Origin: Myxococcota bacterium
GTDB taxonomy: Bacteria; Myxococcota_A; UBA9160; UBA4427
Reading direction: 5' to 3'
Assembly: GCA_045106235.1 (NCBI GenBank)
Contig: JBGCEJ010000006.1
Span: 43,455-107,454, forward strand
DNA length: 64,000 bases
Shown in pieces: positions 55,851 through 64,000 of this stretch; positions within the stretch are counted from its first letter, which is position 1; the number at the start of each line of letters is the position of its first letter. Under the pieces are notes generated by a model. The model was not told the DNA's origin, ran no database searches, and saw only the letters and a list, made by a program, of their open reading frames with translations. The translations under genes and the position numbers were made by a program.

Positions 55851-55921
55851 TTCTGCCGCGTCTCCTCCCTGCATGGGGGGAGGCGCGGTACCCAGGCCCA
55901 GCGCCGTGTACCTATCATCGT

Positions 55922-57124
55922 TCACGGGCAGTTCAGCATCGTCCCGCATACATTGGAGCCTCCGTCCCGTCCATTCACGACCGTGCCGGCGAGGTTGTTC
56001 GCTCCAATCGCATTCTGGGTATAGACCGAGCTTCCGGTATCGAATCGCAGTCCGTAGCCTGCATTGGCTCGCAGCGTGTTGGCTTGTGCCATGCACCCGA
56101 GCGTGCAGTGGATGCCGTCATCCTGGGCGTCGGTTCCGTTTTCGAAGACGCTATTGCCGCGAACGACAGTGCCGTCCGTCGCGTAGATGCCGTCCGAGGC
56201 CGAACCGGAAACCGTATTGCCGCTGATGATCCCGCCGCTCCCAGTTTGGATACCCCGGTCGCCTGAGTTTCGGATGGAGTTCGACTCGATCATGGCCAAC
56301 GCGCCGGCGTTGATTCCGTCGAAGGCATTTCCGTTGATTGTATTGTTCTTGACGAGACCGCCATCGCCCGGGGTTCGGATTCCGTGCTGAGCATTGAATT
56401 CGGAGGTGTTGCCGACGAAGCTGGATGATTCGCCTCCGTTGAATCCGCTGAAAAAATTGTTGGAAGAGGTCGACCCCTCGACGCGTCCAGCGTTCCCAAT
56501 GGAAATGCCCTCGCGGGCCGAGCGGACCGTCGAGTTTCGAATGAGGCCGTTGCTTCCGACCCGGATGCCGAAGAGTCGGACATCCTCAACCGATACTCTT
56601 TCAACTATGCTGCCATCCACCAGAATAACGCCTTCGCCTCCGCAATCCGTGACGCGCACGTCTTGAACGAGAGCACCTCGCCTCACGATGTTGATCCCGG
56701 CGTTCCCCATTCCGTAAATGGATCCGTTCCTCACCGTCACGCCGGCGGATGACCCGGTGGCAGCGTAGATGCCCCTGCCACCTCCCTGGCGATTGCATGT
56801 GGTCTCCTTGGTGGTCGCATTCTGAGAGCATCGAGTGGGGCCCGCAATCGTGAAGCCGCCAAGGTCGATCGAGACTCCATTCTCGGTGGCCGCGACGCGG
56901 ATCCCATCCGTATTTTCGTTCGGCAGCAAGAGGTTGCCCGTAAGGCGGAAGCTTGTTGGCGAGTTGCTACCGATGGTGACGGGATAGCCGGGGACGTCGC
57001 CCGGAAAGCAGCCGGTCGCCGTGGCACAGGTGTGATTGATTTCGGCGACGCCGTCGCTGGCCTGCGCGGCGGTTGCGAAAATGGAGGCCGATGCGGCGAG
57101 GAGGAGAACGGTCTTTTTGAACAT
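55922..57124 (-). CDS. Secreted right-handed parallel beta-helix repeat protein, paralog 3
   Basis: ATG 57124 (MFKKTVLLLAASASIFATAAQA) with AAGGGA RBS. EINHTCATATGCFPGDVPGYPV head and C-terminal VCGTMLNCP. Confidence 0.8.
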   Translation of the reverse strand: MFKKTVLLLAASASIFATAAQASDGVAEINHTCATATGCFPGDVPGYPVTIGSNSPTSFRLTGNLLLPNENTDGIRVAATENGVSIDLGGFTIAGPTRCSQNATTKETTCNRQGGGRGIYAATGSSAGVTVRNGSIYGMGNAGINIVRRGALVQDVRVTDCGGEGVILVDGSIVERVSVEDVRLFGIRVGSNGLIRNSTVRSAREGISIGNAGRVEGSTSSNNFFSGFNGGESSSFVGNTSEFNAQHGIRTPGDGGLVKNNTINGNAFDGINAGALAMIESNSIRNSGDRGIQTGSGGIISGNTVSGSASDGIYATDGTVVRGNSVFENGTDAQDDGIHCTLGCMAQANTLRANAGYGLRFDTGSSVYTQNAIGANNLAGTVVNGRDGGSNVCGTMLNCP

Positions 57125-57277
57125 GATCAGATTCCCTTTAATTGGCTTGGGGATGAGATCGTGAGTGAGGCCTGGTTCGGATGGAAAAGGTGGAAAGAAT
57201 GAGGGCGGATACCCTGCGGGGCTGCGGGGGAAGAGCTGTAGTAGCCTTTCCCTGCTGAGCATTTTCAGGAGATCAAG

Positions 57278-58621
57278 ATGAGCGTTGCTGATGTCGGTGG
57301 GACCCGTGAAGACATGGTCGGGACCGCAATTTCTTCGGTGGGCAATACCGAGGGAAGCCCCGTCCAAATTCCAGCGGACCGGTACCGAACCGCCGAGTTC
57401 GCGGAGCTCGAACACGAGCACGTCTGGCCGAAGGCCTGGATCATCGCCTGCAGCATCGACCATGTCTCGAAGCCCGGTGACCTCTACGAAGTCCGGATCG
57501 GACGCTATTCCGTTCTCATCGTTCGGGGCCGAGACGGAGAACTCCGCGCTTTCCAGAACGCGTGCAAACATCGCGGGATCGCGCTGTGCTCCGGCGCTGC
57601 GGAAGACGTGAAGAACCTGCGCTGCCCCTATCACGGGTGGATGTACAACCTGCGCGGCGAGCTGACGGGCGTCCCTTCCCATAAGGGCTTTGGCGAGAAG
57701 ATGGACCGCTCGAAGCTCTCGCTCACACCTGTTCTGGTCGACACCTGGGGGCCTATGGTCTTCGTGAATCTCGACCTCGAAGCAATGCCGCTTGCGGAAT
57801 TTCTGGAGGTGGTTCCGGAGGATGCCTCCGCTCTCGAGCTCGACGATTTTCGATGTTATGCGAAAATCCGAACCGAGATCCCGGCAAACTGGAAGCTCGT
57901 CGCGGATAGCTTCTCCGAGACCTACCATATCCAGACGCTCCATCGGGACATGCTCGGCTCGATCGACGATATCGACGCGGGCCAAGAGATCTGGGGGCGG
58001 ACCGGTGTCTCAAGACAGCTCTACGGCGTCGCGAGCCCGCGGCTGATCAAGAGCGATGACCAGGGGATCTGGGATTCCTTCATTGTCACCCAGGGCGAGC
58101 GAATGGGGATCACAGAGTCTTGTCCCGCGCCGACGCCCGCGCACGGCGAAACCATGGTGGACGTGATCGGCGAGCGCGTGAAGCGGTTCCAGAAGGAAGT
58201 GAAGGGCATCGACCTGAGTCGTTTCAGCAATCACGCCGTCATGTATCTACACCAGTACAATATCTTCCCGAATCTCACGGTCCTGATCAGCGCCGATCTG
58301 ATGCAGGTCCTTTGTGCGCGTCCGGGAGCGACGCCCGGCCAAGCCGAACTCGTTGGGATGAGCTTCGAGCGGGAAGTGGAGGGCGTGCCGCGAGCGCGTC
58401 CCTTTGATGTCGACATGCCAATGGAGCAAGGCGACTTCGGCCACGTCCTCAATCAAGATGTCGAAATTTTGGTGAACGCGCAAAAGGGCGTCCAGCAACC
58501 CGGCCTCACGCATATCAGCCTCTCCTGCGAGGAGGCGCGCATCATCAATACGCATCGAAACCTGGAGCGCTATATCGGGATCGAGCCCAGTGAGATTCTC
58601 GGCGGACCGGCTGCTTCCTGA
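57278..58621 (+). CDS. Aromatic-ring-hydroxylating (Rieske) oxygenase alpha subunit
   Basis: CKHRGIALC...CPYHGWMY Rieske motif and a catalytic-domain-length C-terminus. Confidence 0.9.
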   Translation: MSVADVGGTREDMVGTAISSVGNTEGSPVQIPADRYRTAEFAELEHEHVWPKAWIIACSIDHVSKPGDLYEVRIGRYSVLIVRGRDGELRAFQNACKHRGIALCSGAAEDVKNLRCPYHGWMYNLRGELTGVPSHKGFGEKMDRSKLSLTPVLVDTWGPMVFVNLDLEAMPLAEFLEVVPEDASALELDDFRCYAKIRTEIPANWKLVADSFSETYHIQTLHRDMLGSIDDIDAGQEIWGRTGVSRQLYGVASPRLIKSDDQGIWDSFIVTQGERMGITESCPAPTPAHGETMVDVIGERVKRFQKEVKGIDLSRFSNHAVMYLHQYNIFPNLTVLISADLMQVLCARPGATPGQAELVGMSFEREVEGVPRARPFDVDMPMEQGDFGHVLNQDVEILVNAQKGVQQPGLTHISLSCEEARIINTHRNLERYIGIEPSEILGGPAAS

Positions 58622-58624
58622 GGG

Positions 58625-59119
58625 CTAGGGAGTCGGGATGAGGCTCGACTTGGCCGGAACATCCCCAAGCAGCTTCGGAAAGAGGCGCTTTGCCGATTCG
58701 ATCAGCATCTTGGAATCGGATATCCAGATTTGCTCGACCGATTCATTGTTGTTGAAATAGAGCCGGCCATCCTGAATCGTGAAGACCTCGGGGTGGCCCT
58801 TGTATAGATGTGAGCGGCTTGCCGCGTATGCGCAGTATCCACCGAACTGTGGCGCGTACTTCTCGGGATCCGAAACGAAGAGGGCTCGATGTTCCGCGTT
58901 CATGAAGTACCAAGTCGTGTCCCGCCATTCGTGTTGGAACTCGGCTGTTCCGCGAACGGCACGGCCCAGCGTGAAATAGGCGACGGTGTCATAGCCATCC
59001 AGCGCGGGGCCATTCAGCGAGGCCCGGTAGATCGGGTGCGCCGCTGAAGCGGTATGGGTGGCGAGGATCATCAGGAAAAGCGCAGTTGCGGCGACCGATT
59101 TCAGGATCGGATGAGTCAT
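58625..59119 (-). CDS. YHS-domain protein, secreted (Cys form)
   Basis: Signal peptide, then ALDGYDTVAYF...PEKYAPQFGGYCAYA. Confidence 0.75.
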   Translation of the reverse strand: MTHPILKSVAATALFLMILATHTASAAHPIYRASLNGPALDGYDTVAYFTLGRAVRGTAEFQHEWRDTTWYFMNAEHRALFVSDPEKYAPQFGGYCAYAASRSHLYKGHPEVFTIQDGRLYFNNNESVEQIWISDSKMLIESAKRLFPKLLGDVPAKSSLIPTP

Positions 59120-59397
59120 TCGGAGCCCTTTGGTTTCGTCTTCGGTCTTGGGTGGGGATATCGTCAAGCCGTTCATTTTGAATCGGTTGCCCCGCTTTTT
59201 CGCTGAATTGGATTCAGTTCTTTCCCGGTTCGAATGATTCGGACAGCGTCGAAGTTCCTGGCCTCCGCCGCCTGGGCAGGCCTACCCCATTGCATATTCC
59301 GTCGATCTGCCGGCCAATTGCTGATTGCTCGGGGACGGGTTTTCCCCGCTTCTGCGAGGAAGCACGAGTCATCAACACATATACGAAAGCTAGAGCG

Positions 59398-60183
59398 CTA
59401 GGTCTGGGGCGCGCCCGGTGAGGGATATCCCGCGGTGAAACCGCCGTCGACGACAAATTCGGACCCGGTGCAATAGGAGCTGTCGTCGGATGCAAGGAAG
59501 GTCGCCATCTTAGCGATTTCGGAGGGGAGGCCGGTTCGGCTCATGGGGGCGATGCGCTTTGTGTGTTCTTCGATCATTGCTTCGATCGGCACTCGGTCCT
59601 GGCCGGGCTCGGAAGCGAGCAGGGTATGGACGTGTCCTGGATGAATAGAGTTCACTCGAATGCCGCGCGGAGCGAGTTCCATCGCGACGGCCTTCGTCAT
59701 CCCGCGCACCGCCCATTTGCTCGCGATGTAGGAGATGATTCCCGGAGAGCCCACCATGCCGTCGATTGAGGAGATGTTGATGATGGATCCGCCGCCGGCT
59801 GCGCCCATCGCTTCGACGACGGCGCGCATGCCGAGGAAAACACCCGTCTGATTCACCTCGGTGACGCGGCGATAGCTCTCGAGCGTTGTCTCCTCGAAGG
59901 CGGCGCCCTCGGCCGTTCCGGCGTTGTTCACGAGAACGTTCAGCGAGCCGAAGGCCTCGACGGTTGAGCGAACCGCGCTCGCCCAGCTTTCTTCACTCGT
60001 GACGTCGAGCTGAACGAAGTGGACGGCGTCGCCGAGCTCTCGGGCCGTTTCAGCGCCGGCGTCCGCCAGCACGTCGCCAATCACGACGCGCGCGCCTTCT
60101 GCTACGAGATCTTCTGCCATCGCGCGCCCGAGACCGCGGGCCCCGCCGCTGATCAGGGCGATCTTTTCTTCAACTCTTCCCAT
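59398..60183 (-). CDS. SDR-family oxidoreductase (3-alpha/20-beta-hydroxysteroid dehydrogenase-like)
   Basis: ISGGARGLG cofactor motif, NNAG, and YIASK catalytic motif. AGGAG RBS before ATG 60183. Confidence 0.9.
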   Translation of the reverse strand: MGRVEEKIALISGGARGLGRAMAEDLVAEGARVVIGDVLADAGAETARELGDAVHFVQLDVTSEESWASAVRSTVEAFGSLNVLVNNAGTAEGAAFEETTLESYRRVTEVNQTGVFLGMRAVVEAMGAAGGGSIINISSIDGMVGSPGIISYIASKWAVRGMTKAVAMELAPRGIRVNSIHPGHVHTLLASEPGQDRVPIEAMIEEHTKRIAPMSRTGLPSEIAKMATFLASDDSSYCTGSEFVVDGGFTAGYPSPGAPQT

Positions 60184-60265
60184 TTTGATTCTCCTCTTGT
60201 GCGGCGGCCCGGGAGTGCTCCCCCTCCGCAACCGCGAGCGTACCCACACGGGCGCAAGAGGTCCA

Positions 60266-60667
60266 TCAAAGGGGTGAAGCTTGTTTGAACCAGCTGAACG
60301 TCAGTAATCCCGTGACGACGGCGACGATGATCACCGCAACGTTGACGCCGGCGACCGCCATTTGCGTTCCGTCCGTATGCAGCATGGAGCCACCGTAGCT
60401 GGCGCCCAGCGCCCAAGCGGTGAGGAACGCGCCGCATACGATCAGCGCGAGGGTGATTCCAAGTCGCGGTGCTCGCTGCGTCCAAACACAGGCGAGGGCG
60501 AGCGCGCAAATGCCTGCGTTCGTGAGCAGCTGCCAGGCTTCGTGCAGCCGGGCGTGTTCAGGCCATTCTGGGTTGAAGAGGTGGGTTGAGTTGATCTCCA
60601 TTACGGGAATCAGCCCGGCGAAGATGAGGGTGCTGAGGCCGACGGAAACTGTGGCAAGCTTGGACAT
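60266..60667 (-). CDS. Hypothetical membrane protein (4 TM)
   Basis: ATG 60667 with AAGGGAG RBS and hydrophobic helices. Divergent from the TetR gene. Confidence 0.55.
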   Translation of the reverse strand: MSKLATVSVGLSTLIFAGLIPVMEINSTHLFNPEWPEHARLHEAWQLLTNAGICALALACVWTQRAPRLGITLALIVCGAFLTAWALGASYGGSMLHTDGTQMAVAGVNVAVIIVAVVTGLLTFSWFKQASPL

Positions 60668-60736
60668 AGAGGCTCCCTTAATTAAAATAGACACCGTCTA
60701 TATATGTGTTAATGTAGACGCTGTCAATGAAATGCT

Positions 60737-61363
60737 ATGGCCAAAGCGAAACCTAAATCTTTCCATCATGGTGACCTGAAGCGCGTCTTATTCGATGTCG
60801 CTTTGGCGAGACTCGACGTGCACGGCGCGGAGGGCGTGACGATTCGCGCTGTCGCTAGGGATGCTGGCGTGTCCCACGGCGCGCCGGTGAATCACTACGC
60901 CGATCGATGCGCATTATTAACCGCACTCGCGAGGGCTCAGTTCGAAACACTGCTCGCCGAGATCGAGGCGCGCCTGCAGAAGGGAGAGGGGGCGGACGGT
61001 CCAAGGATCGACGCCTTCGCAGAGGCGATCGTCGATTTTGGGCTTCGCTACCCGCATCGCTACCGACTCTTATGGCGACCCGATCTCATTGATCAGCGCG
61101 AGCCAGAGCTTTTGGCCGTGATGGACCAGATCTACGACCGCCTCTGTGCCGAGATGTCGAAGGGGCTGGAAACCTCTGGCTCAGACGCGCACTTCGATCA
61201 AGACACCTACGCAGTCGCACTTTGGTCTCTGCTGCATGGGTATGTCGATCTACGTTTGTCCGGGATGTTCGAGCCTTCGAAAGACGGCGTGAGTGGCGCG
61301 CCGCGCGAAGAAGCGATTCTTCAGCTCTTTCGGCGGGCCCTGCCAGGATCCGGTGTGGTCTAG
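60737..61363 (+). CDS. TetR-family transcriptional regulator
   Basis: HTH region VTIRAVARDAGVSHGAPVNHY. Confidence 0.9.
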   Translation: MAKAKPKSFHHGDLKRVLFDVALARLDVHGAEGVTIRAVARDAGVSHGAPVNHYADRCALLTALARAQFETLLAEIEARLQKGEGADGPRIDAFAEAIVDFGLRYPHRYRLLWRPDLIDQREPELLAVMDQIYDRLCAEMSKGLETSGSDAHFDQDTYAVALWSLLHGYVDLRLSGMFEPSKDGVSGAPREEAILQLFRRALPGSGVV

Positions 61364-62145
61364 CGGATCAAAGGCGCGCCCGTCGCACGCCCCGGGTTTC
61401 GAACAGCCAGGGCGCGCAGCCGAGAACGGGCGGGCGCGAAGTCGGGTTCGGCACGAAGGCAGGTTGCGTATTCCGCTTCGGCTTGCTTGAGACGGAGAGT
61501 CGATTCTGCGACGAGGCCGCGGTGATAGGCGATCCGCCAAGGGGGGGCGCCTAAGCGCGCGGCGATATCGAGGCCTCGGTCGGCCTGCGCGTATTCTTCC
61601 TCGAGGTAGGCGACAGCGGCCAGCAACTCCCAGAGGCCCGAATGGTCTGGTGTGAGTTCTCTTTGTTCCTCAAGTAGTCGATGGGCGAAGCGGAGATTCC
61701 CTTCGTCGATTGCGATACGAGCGCGGAGAACGGCGGCGTCCGGATGAATGGGCTGAATGCTGCGGAGCACATCGAGGGTCTTGAGCGCATCTTCGTTCTT
61801 GTGCCGGTCGAAGGTGGCGGCGGCCGCGGCGAGGAGGACATCCGCGTCCCGAGGAAACTCAACCGCAAGCCGCTCGATCGCGAGGGAGATCTTGTCGCAA
61901 TCGACATGCGGCGTTTCTTGCGGTCGACGCTGTTCGCAGCCACCGTCCTGTCGCTTCGCGCGTTCCCAGGATTCGAGGAGGGGACCGAGTCGCGAACGAG
62001 CGGAATGGGGGTTGGGTGCGGGACGCGTCGGCGTCTGGCACGCAGCGAGAGCGGTCGTGCAAAGCAGGAGTACCACCAACGCGCGTTTTCGGCTGCGGGG
62101 CTGGAAGGCGTGGTTTCGTATCGCCATGGAATTAGCGTTCCCCAT
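61360..62145 (-). CDS. TPR-repeat lipoprotein (TadD-like)
   Basis: Lipobox LAAC and TPR-like helical repeats. The start overlaps the CpaF stop by 14 nt. Confidence 0.65.
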   Translation of the reverse strand: MGNANSMAIRNHAFQPRSRKRALVVLLLCTTALAACQTPTRPAPNPHSARSRLGPLLESWERAKRQDGGCEQRRPQETPHVDCDKISLAIERLAVEFPRDADVLLAAAAATFDRHKNEDALKTLDVLRSIQPIHPDAAVLRARIAIDEGNLRFAHRLLEEQRELTPDHSGLWELLAAVAYLEEEYAQADRGLDIAARLGAPPWRIAYHRGLVAESTLRLKQAEAEYATCLRAEPDFAPARSRLRALAVRNPGRATGAPLIR

Positions 62146-63550
62146 TCTGTGCGAACCAGGTCATAGGGACCTCGGCTCCTCGTTCTCTGATCTTTTCGGC
62201 GGAGCGCGGGACGATCCCGGTCGCCCTGTGGGCGCCTTCGAGGCGATCGTCGTGGAAGCCTTTGACTTCGAAGCGGTAGATCTCTTGAAGCAGAGGCACT
62301 TCGCCTTCGATTCCAGTGATTTCAGCGACGTGGGTAACGCGCCTTCGGCCGTCCTGACCGCGTTCGACATGGACGAGCAGATCGATAGCGGAGACGATTT
62401 GTTCGCGGATCGCTCGGCTCGGCAGCTCAACCCCCGCCATCAGAACCAGGGTTTCGAGTCGGGCCAGGGCGTCGCGCGGCGAATTCGCGTGGATGGTCGA
62501 GAGGCTGCCTTCGTGGCCGGTATTCATCGCCTGAAGCATGTCGAGCGCTTCGCCGGCGCGCACTTCGCCGAGGATGATCCGGTCCGGGCGCATGCGGAGC
62601 GCGTTGACCACGAGCTCGCGCTGCGAGATTGTACCGGCACCTTCGACGTTAGGCGGACGGGTTTCGAGTCGCACGACGTGGGCTTGATCGAGCTGGAGTT
62701 CGAGTGTGTCCTCGATCGTCACGATCCGCTCGTCGTCGGGGATCGCCTCAGCGAGCGCGCCGAGGAGTGTCGACTTACCCGCGCCTGTTCCGCCAGAAAC
62801 GAGCACGCATTGTCGATGCTGGACTACACCATGCAGGAACTCGCGCATCGAGGTCGACATCGCACCGGTGCGCTCGAGCTCGATCGCGCGGATGCGGTGA
62901 TGCCCGAAGCGGCGAATCGAAAGCGTGGGGCCGTCGGGTGAAACCGGCGGCAGGGTGGCGTTCACGCGCGAACCATCGGGGAGCCGCATATCCGCCATTG
63001 GTTGCGAGGTGTCGATCCGACGATTGGCGCGGCCCGCGATCCGCTCGATGATGCTGGTGAGGTGTTCGTTGTCCTGGAATACGATGGAAGTTGGCTGCAG
63101 CCGCCCACCGCGTTCGATGTAGACTTGGCTCGCGCCGTTCACGAGGATGTCTGTCACCGCGGGATCGGCCATCAGCGGGGCGAGGGGGCCTATGCCGAGC
63201 GCCTCTTCGCTGAGGGTCTCGACGAGGCGGATCCGCTCTGATTCGTTGAGCGCGACGTCTTCTTCTTCGAGCACACGCGCGACGAACTGCTCCACGATCT
63301 CGACGATTTCGTCGTCTGAGGCGTCGAGTCGGCCGGAAGCGGTGAGCTCGTCGACGAGGCGGGCCCGAAGGCGAGCCGTGACGTTGAGGGAGCTGGTCTC
63401 TTTGGGCCCGTGACTCGGCGGTTTGGCGCCGGGGGCGCTTCGAAAGGATCCCCCCTTCGCATCTTCTCGGGTCTGACTTCGCTCCCAGGTCGCGTACTCC
63501 CGGGTCATCGACCCCCGCAAGCGGGCGCGGAGCTGATTTGAGTCGCTCAT
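62132..63550 (-). CDS. cpaF: CpaF/TadA-family type IV pilus (Flp/Tad) secretion ATPase
   Basis: Walker [14 protein letters not shown], Asp/His boxes, and a TIEDTLEL motif. Confidence 0.93.
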   Translation of the reverse strand: MSDSNQLRARLRGSMTREYATWERSQTREDAKGGSFRSAPGAKPPSHGPKETSSLNVTARLRARLVDELTASGRLDASDDEIVEIVEQFVARVLEEEDVALNESERIRLVETLSEEALGIGPLAPLMADPAVTDILVNGASQVYIERGGRLQPTSIVFQDNEHLTSIIERIAGRANRRIDTSQPMADMRLPDGSRVNATLPPVSPDGPTLSIRRFGHHRIRAIELERTGAMSTSMREFLHGVVQHRQCVLVSGGTGAGKSTLLGALAEAIPDDERIVTIEDTLELQLDQAHVVRLETRPPNVEGAGTISQRELVVNALRMRPDRIILGEVRAGEALDMLQAMNTGHEGSLSTIHANSPRDALARLETLVLMAGVELPSRAIREQIVSAIDLLVHVERGQDGRRRVTHVAEITGIEGEVPLLQEIYRFEVKGFHDDRLEGAHRATGIVPRSAEKIRERGAEVPMTWFAQNGER

Positions 63551-64000
63551 GTTCGCCCCGCAAAGGCCGTGCGCAGGCGGCGCCAGAAGCGCATGCCGCT
63601 CTCGCTTTCCCCGGAGTTCGGAGCGAACCCGCGCGCGGAGGATCCTTCGGCCGCCGCTGAGATCGCCTCGGTGGCGGACTCGTTTTCCGCGAGCGCAGTC
63701 GACTCGGCATCGTTGATGACCGCGTTCATCGCGCGCCCCCAGCCGCGCCGGCCGGCATCAAGGATTCGCGGTCGGCCCAGGTTGAGCGCCGACAAGACGC
63801 GCTTATCGTAAGGCACTTCAAAGTCGACATCCTCACCGATCCGCTCAGCGACCTCATCTCTTGGCAGCTGGCCAGGGAAGGGCGGCGAGTTCCGGTTCAA
63901 CACGATGCGCTGGCGGTCCGCGGGGATCTCGAGTCGGCCTAACATTTCGTGAAGGCGCGCGGCACCAATCACGTCGGGAACCGTGCCCTGATTGACGAGG
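63547..64000 (-). CDS. CpaE/TadZ-family pilus assembly ATPase-like protein, partial (N-terminus beyond window)
   Basis: The frame is open to base 64000. LVNQGTVPDVIGAARLHEML...IVLNRN...FEVPYD matches the CpaE C-terminal pattern. Confidence 0.7.
   Translation of the reverse strand, partial: LVNQGTVPDVIGAARLHEMLGRLEIPADRQRIVLNRNSPPFPGQLPRDEVAERIGEDVDFEVPYDKRVLSALNLGRPRILDAGRRGWGRAMNAVINDAESTALAENESATEAISAAAEGSSARGFAPNSGESESGMRFWRRLRTAFAGRT

Noticed and set aside
57125-57985. 5' 287 codons of the 687-aa ORF 55922-57985 (minus strand)
   Set aside because: This part overlaps the well-supported Rieske oxygenase gene on the plus strand and has an Arg/Pro-rich, non-protein-like composition. An internal ATG at 57124 has an RBS and a signal peptide and matches the start of the two paralogs.
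61757-63710. Long alternative-frame ORFs across the TPR/CpaF genes (61757-62941 plus, 62775-63710 minus)
   Set aside because: Extreme Arg/Pro content. The CpaF frame has Walker A/B and secretion-ATPase motifs.
1-64000. CRISPR arrays, IS elements/transposases, integrases, rRNA, and known toxin-antitoxin or defence gene signatures
   Set aside because: No regularly spaced direct repeats, no DDE/tyrosine-recombinase motifs and no rRNA-like segments were seen on either strand. Their absence by eye is not proof, and a profile search should confirm it.

Overview
GC-rich (roughly 60-65% by eye) bacterial chromosomal window with about 55 protein genes. I could not recognise any rRNA, CRISPR array, transposase or integrase. 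Main blocks: (1) 1-1967, an ATP-grasp ligase plus a DUF1704 (QEGLA) metallopeptidase-like pair. (2) 1968-3343, an ORF-poor, AT-richer stretch holding a non-canonical tRNA-like gene with its own terminator, flanked by CTTGACCT direct repeats. (3) 3344-10652, a MHYT sensor kinase, two response regulators, a TauD-family dioxygenase, a LysR regulator and a GFA protein. (4) 10832-20190, a minus-strand, translationally coupled aromatic meta-cleavage operon: ALDH, LigB-type dioxygenase, FAH, P450, HpaI aldolase, hydratase, DUF3237, FAD monooxygenase and LLM oxidoreductase, with a TetR regulator. (5) 20485-57124, a surface-protein-rich accessory landscape. It has six PEP-CTERM proteins, including a 1.2k-aa FG-GAP/VCBS protein. 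It also has three paralogous Cys-capped beta-helix proteins, a 1.2k-aa beta-helix/PPC lipoprotein, a CxxC tandem-repeat (ephrin-receptor-like) protein and a rhomboid protease. Decayed gene fragments and housekeeping genes (purT, RluA, DTW protein, molybdopterin oxidoreductase, Rieske oxygenases) are interleaved. (6) 57278-64000, a Rieske oxygenase, YHS protein, SDR, TetR and the end of a Tad/Cpa pilus locus (CpaE, CpaF, TPR lipoprotein). The most notable observation is an AhpC/TSA-like redoxin gene (36061-37209, minus). It is split only by an in-frame TGA exactly at the first Cys of the WCxxC active site and has a SECIS-like hairpin 11 nt downstream, which makes it a candidate UxxC selenoprotein. 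Also notable are the tRNA-like gene at 2323-2414 and its anticodon-arm-deleted paralog at 10751-10812. All functional calls come from motif recognition by eye; no database search was run.
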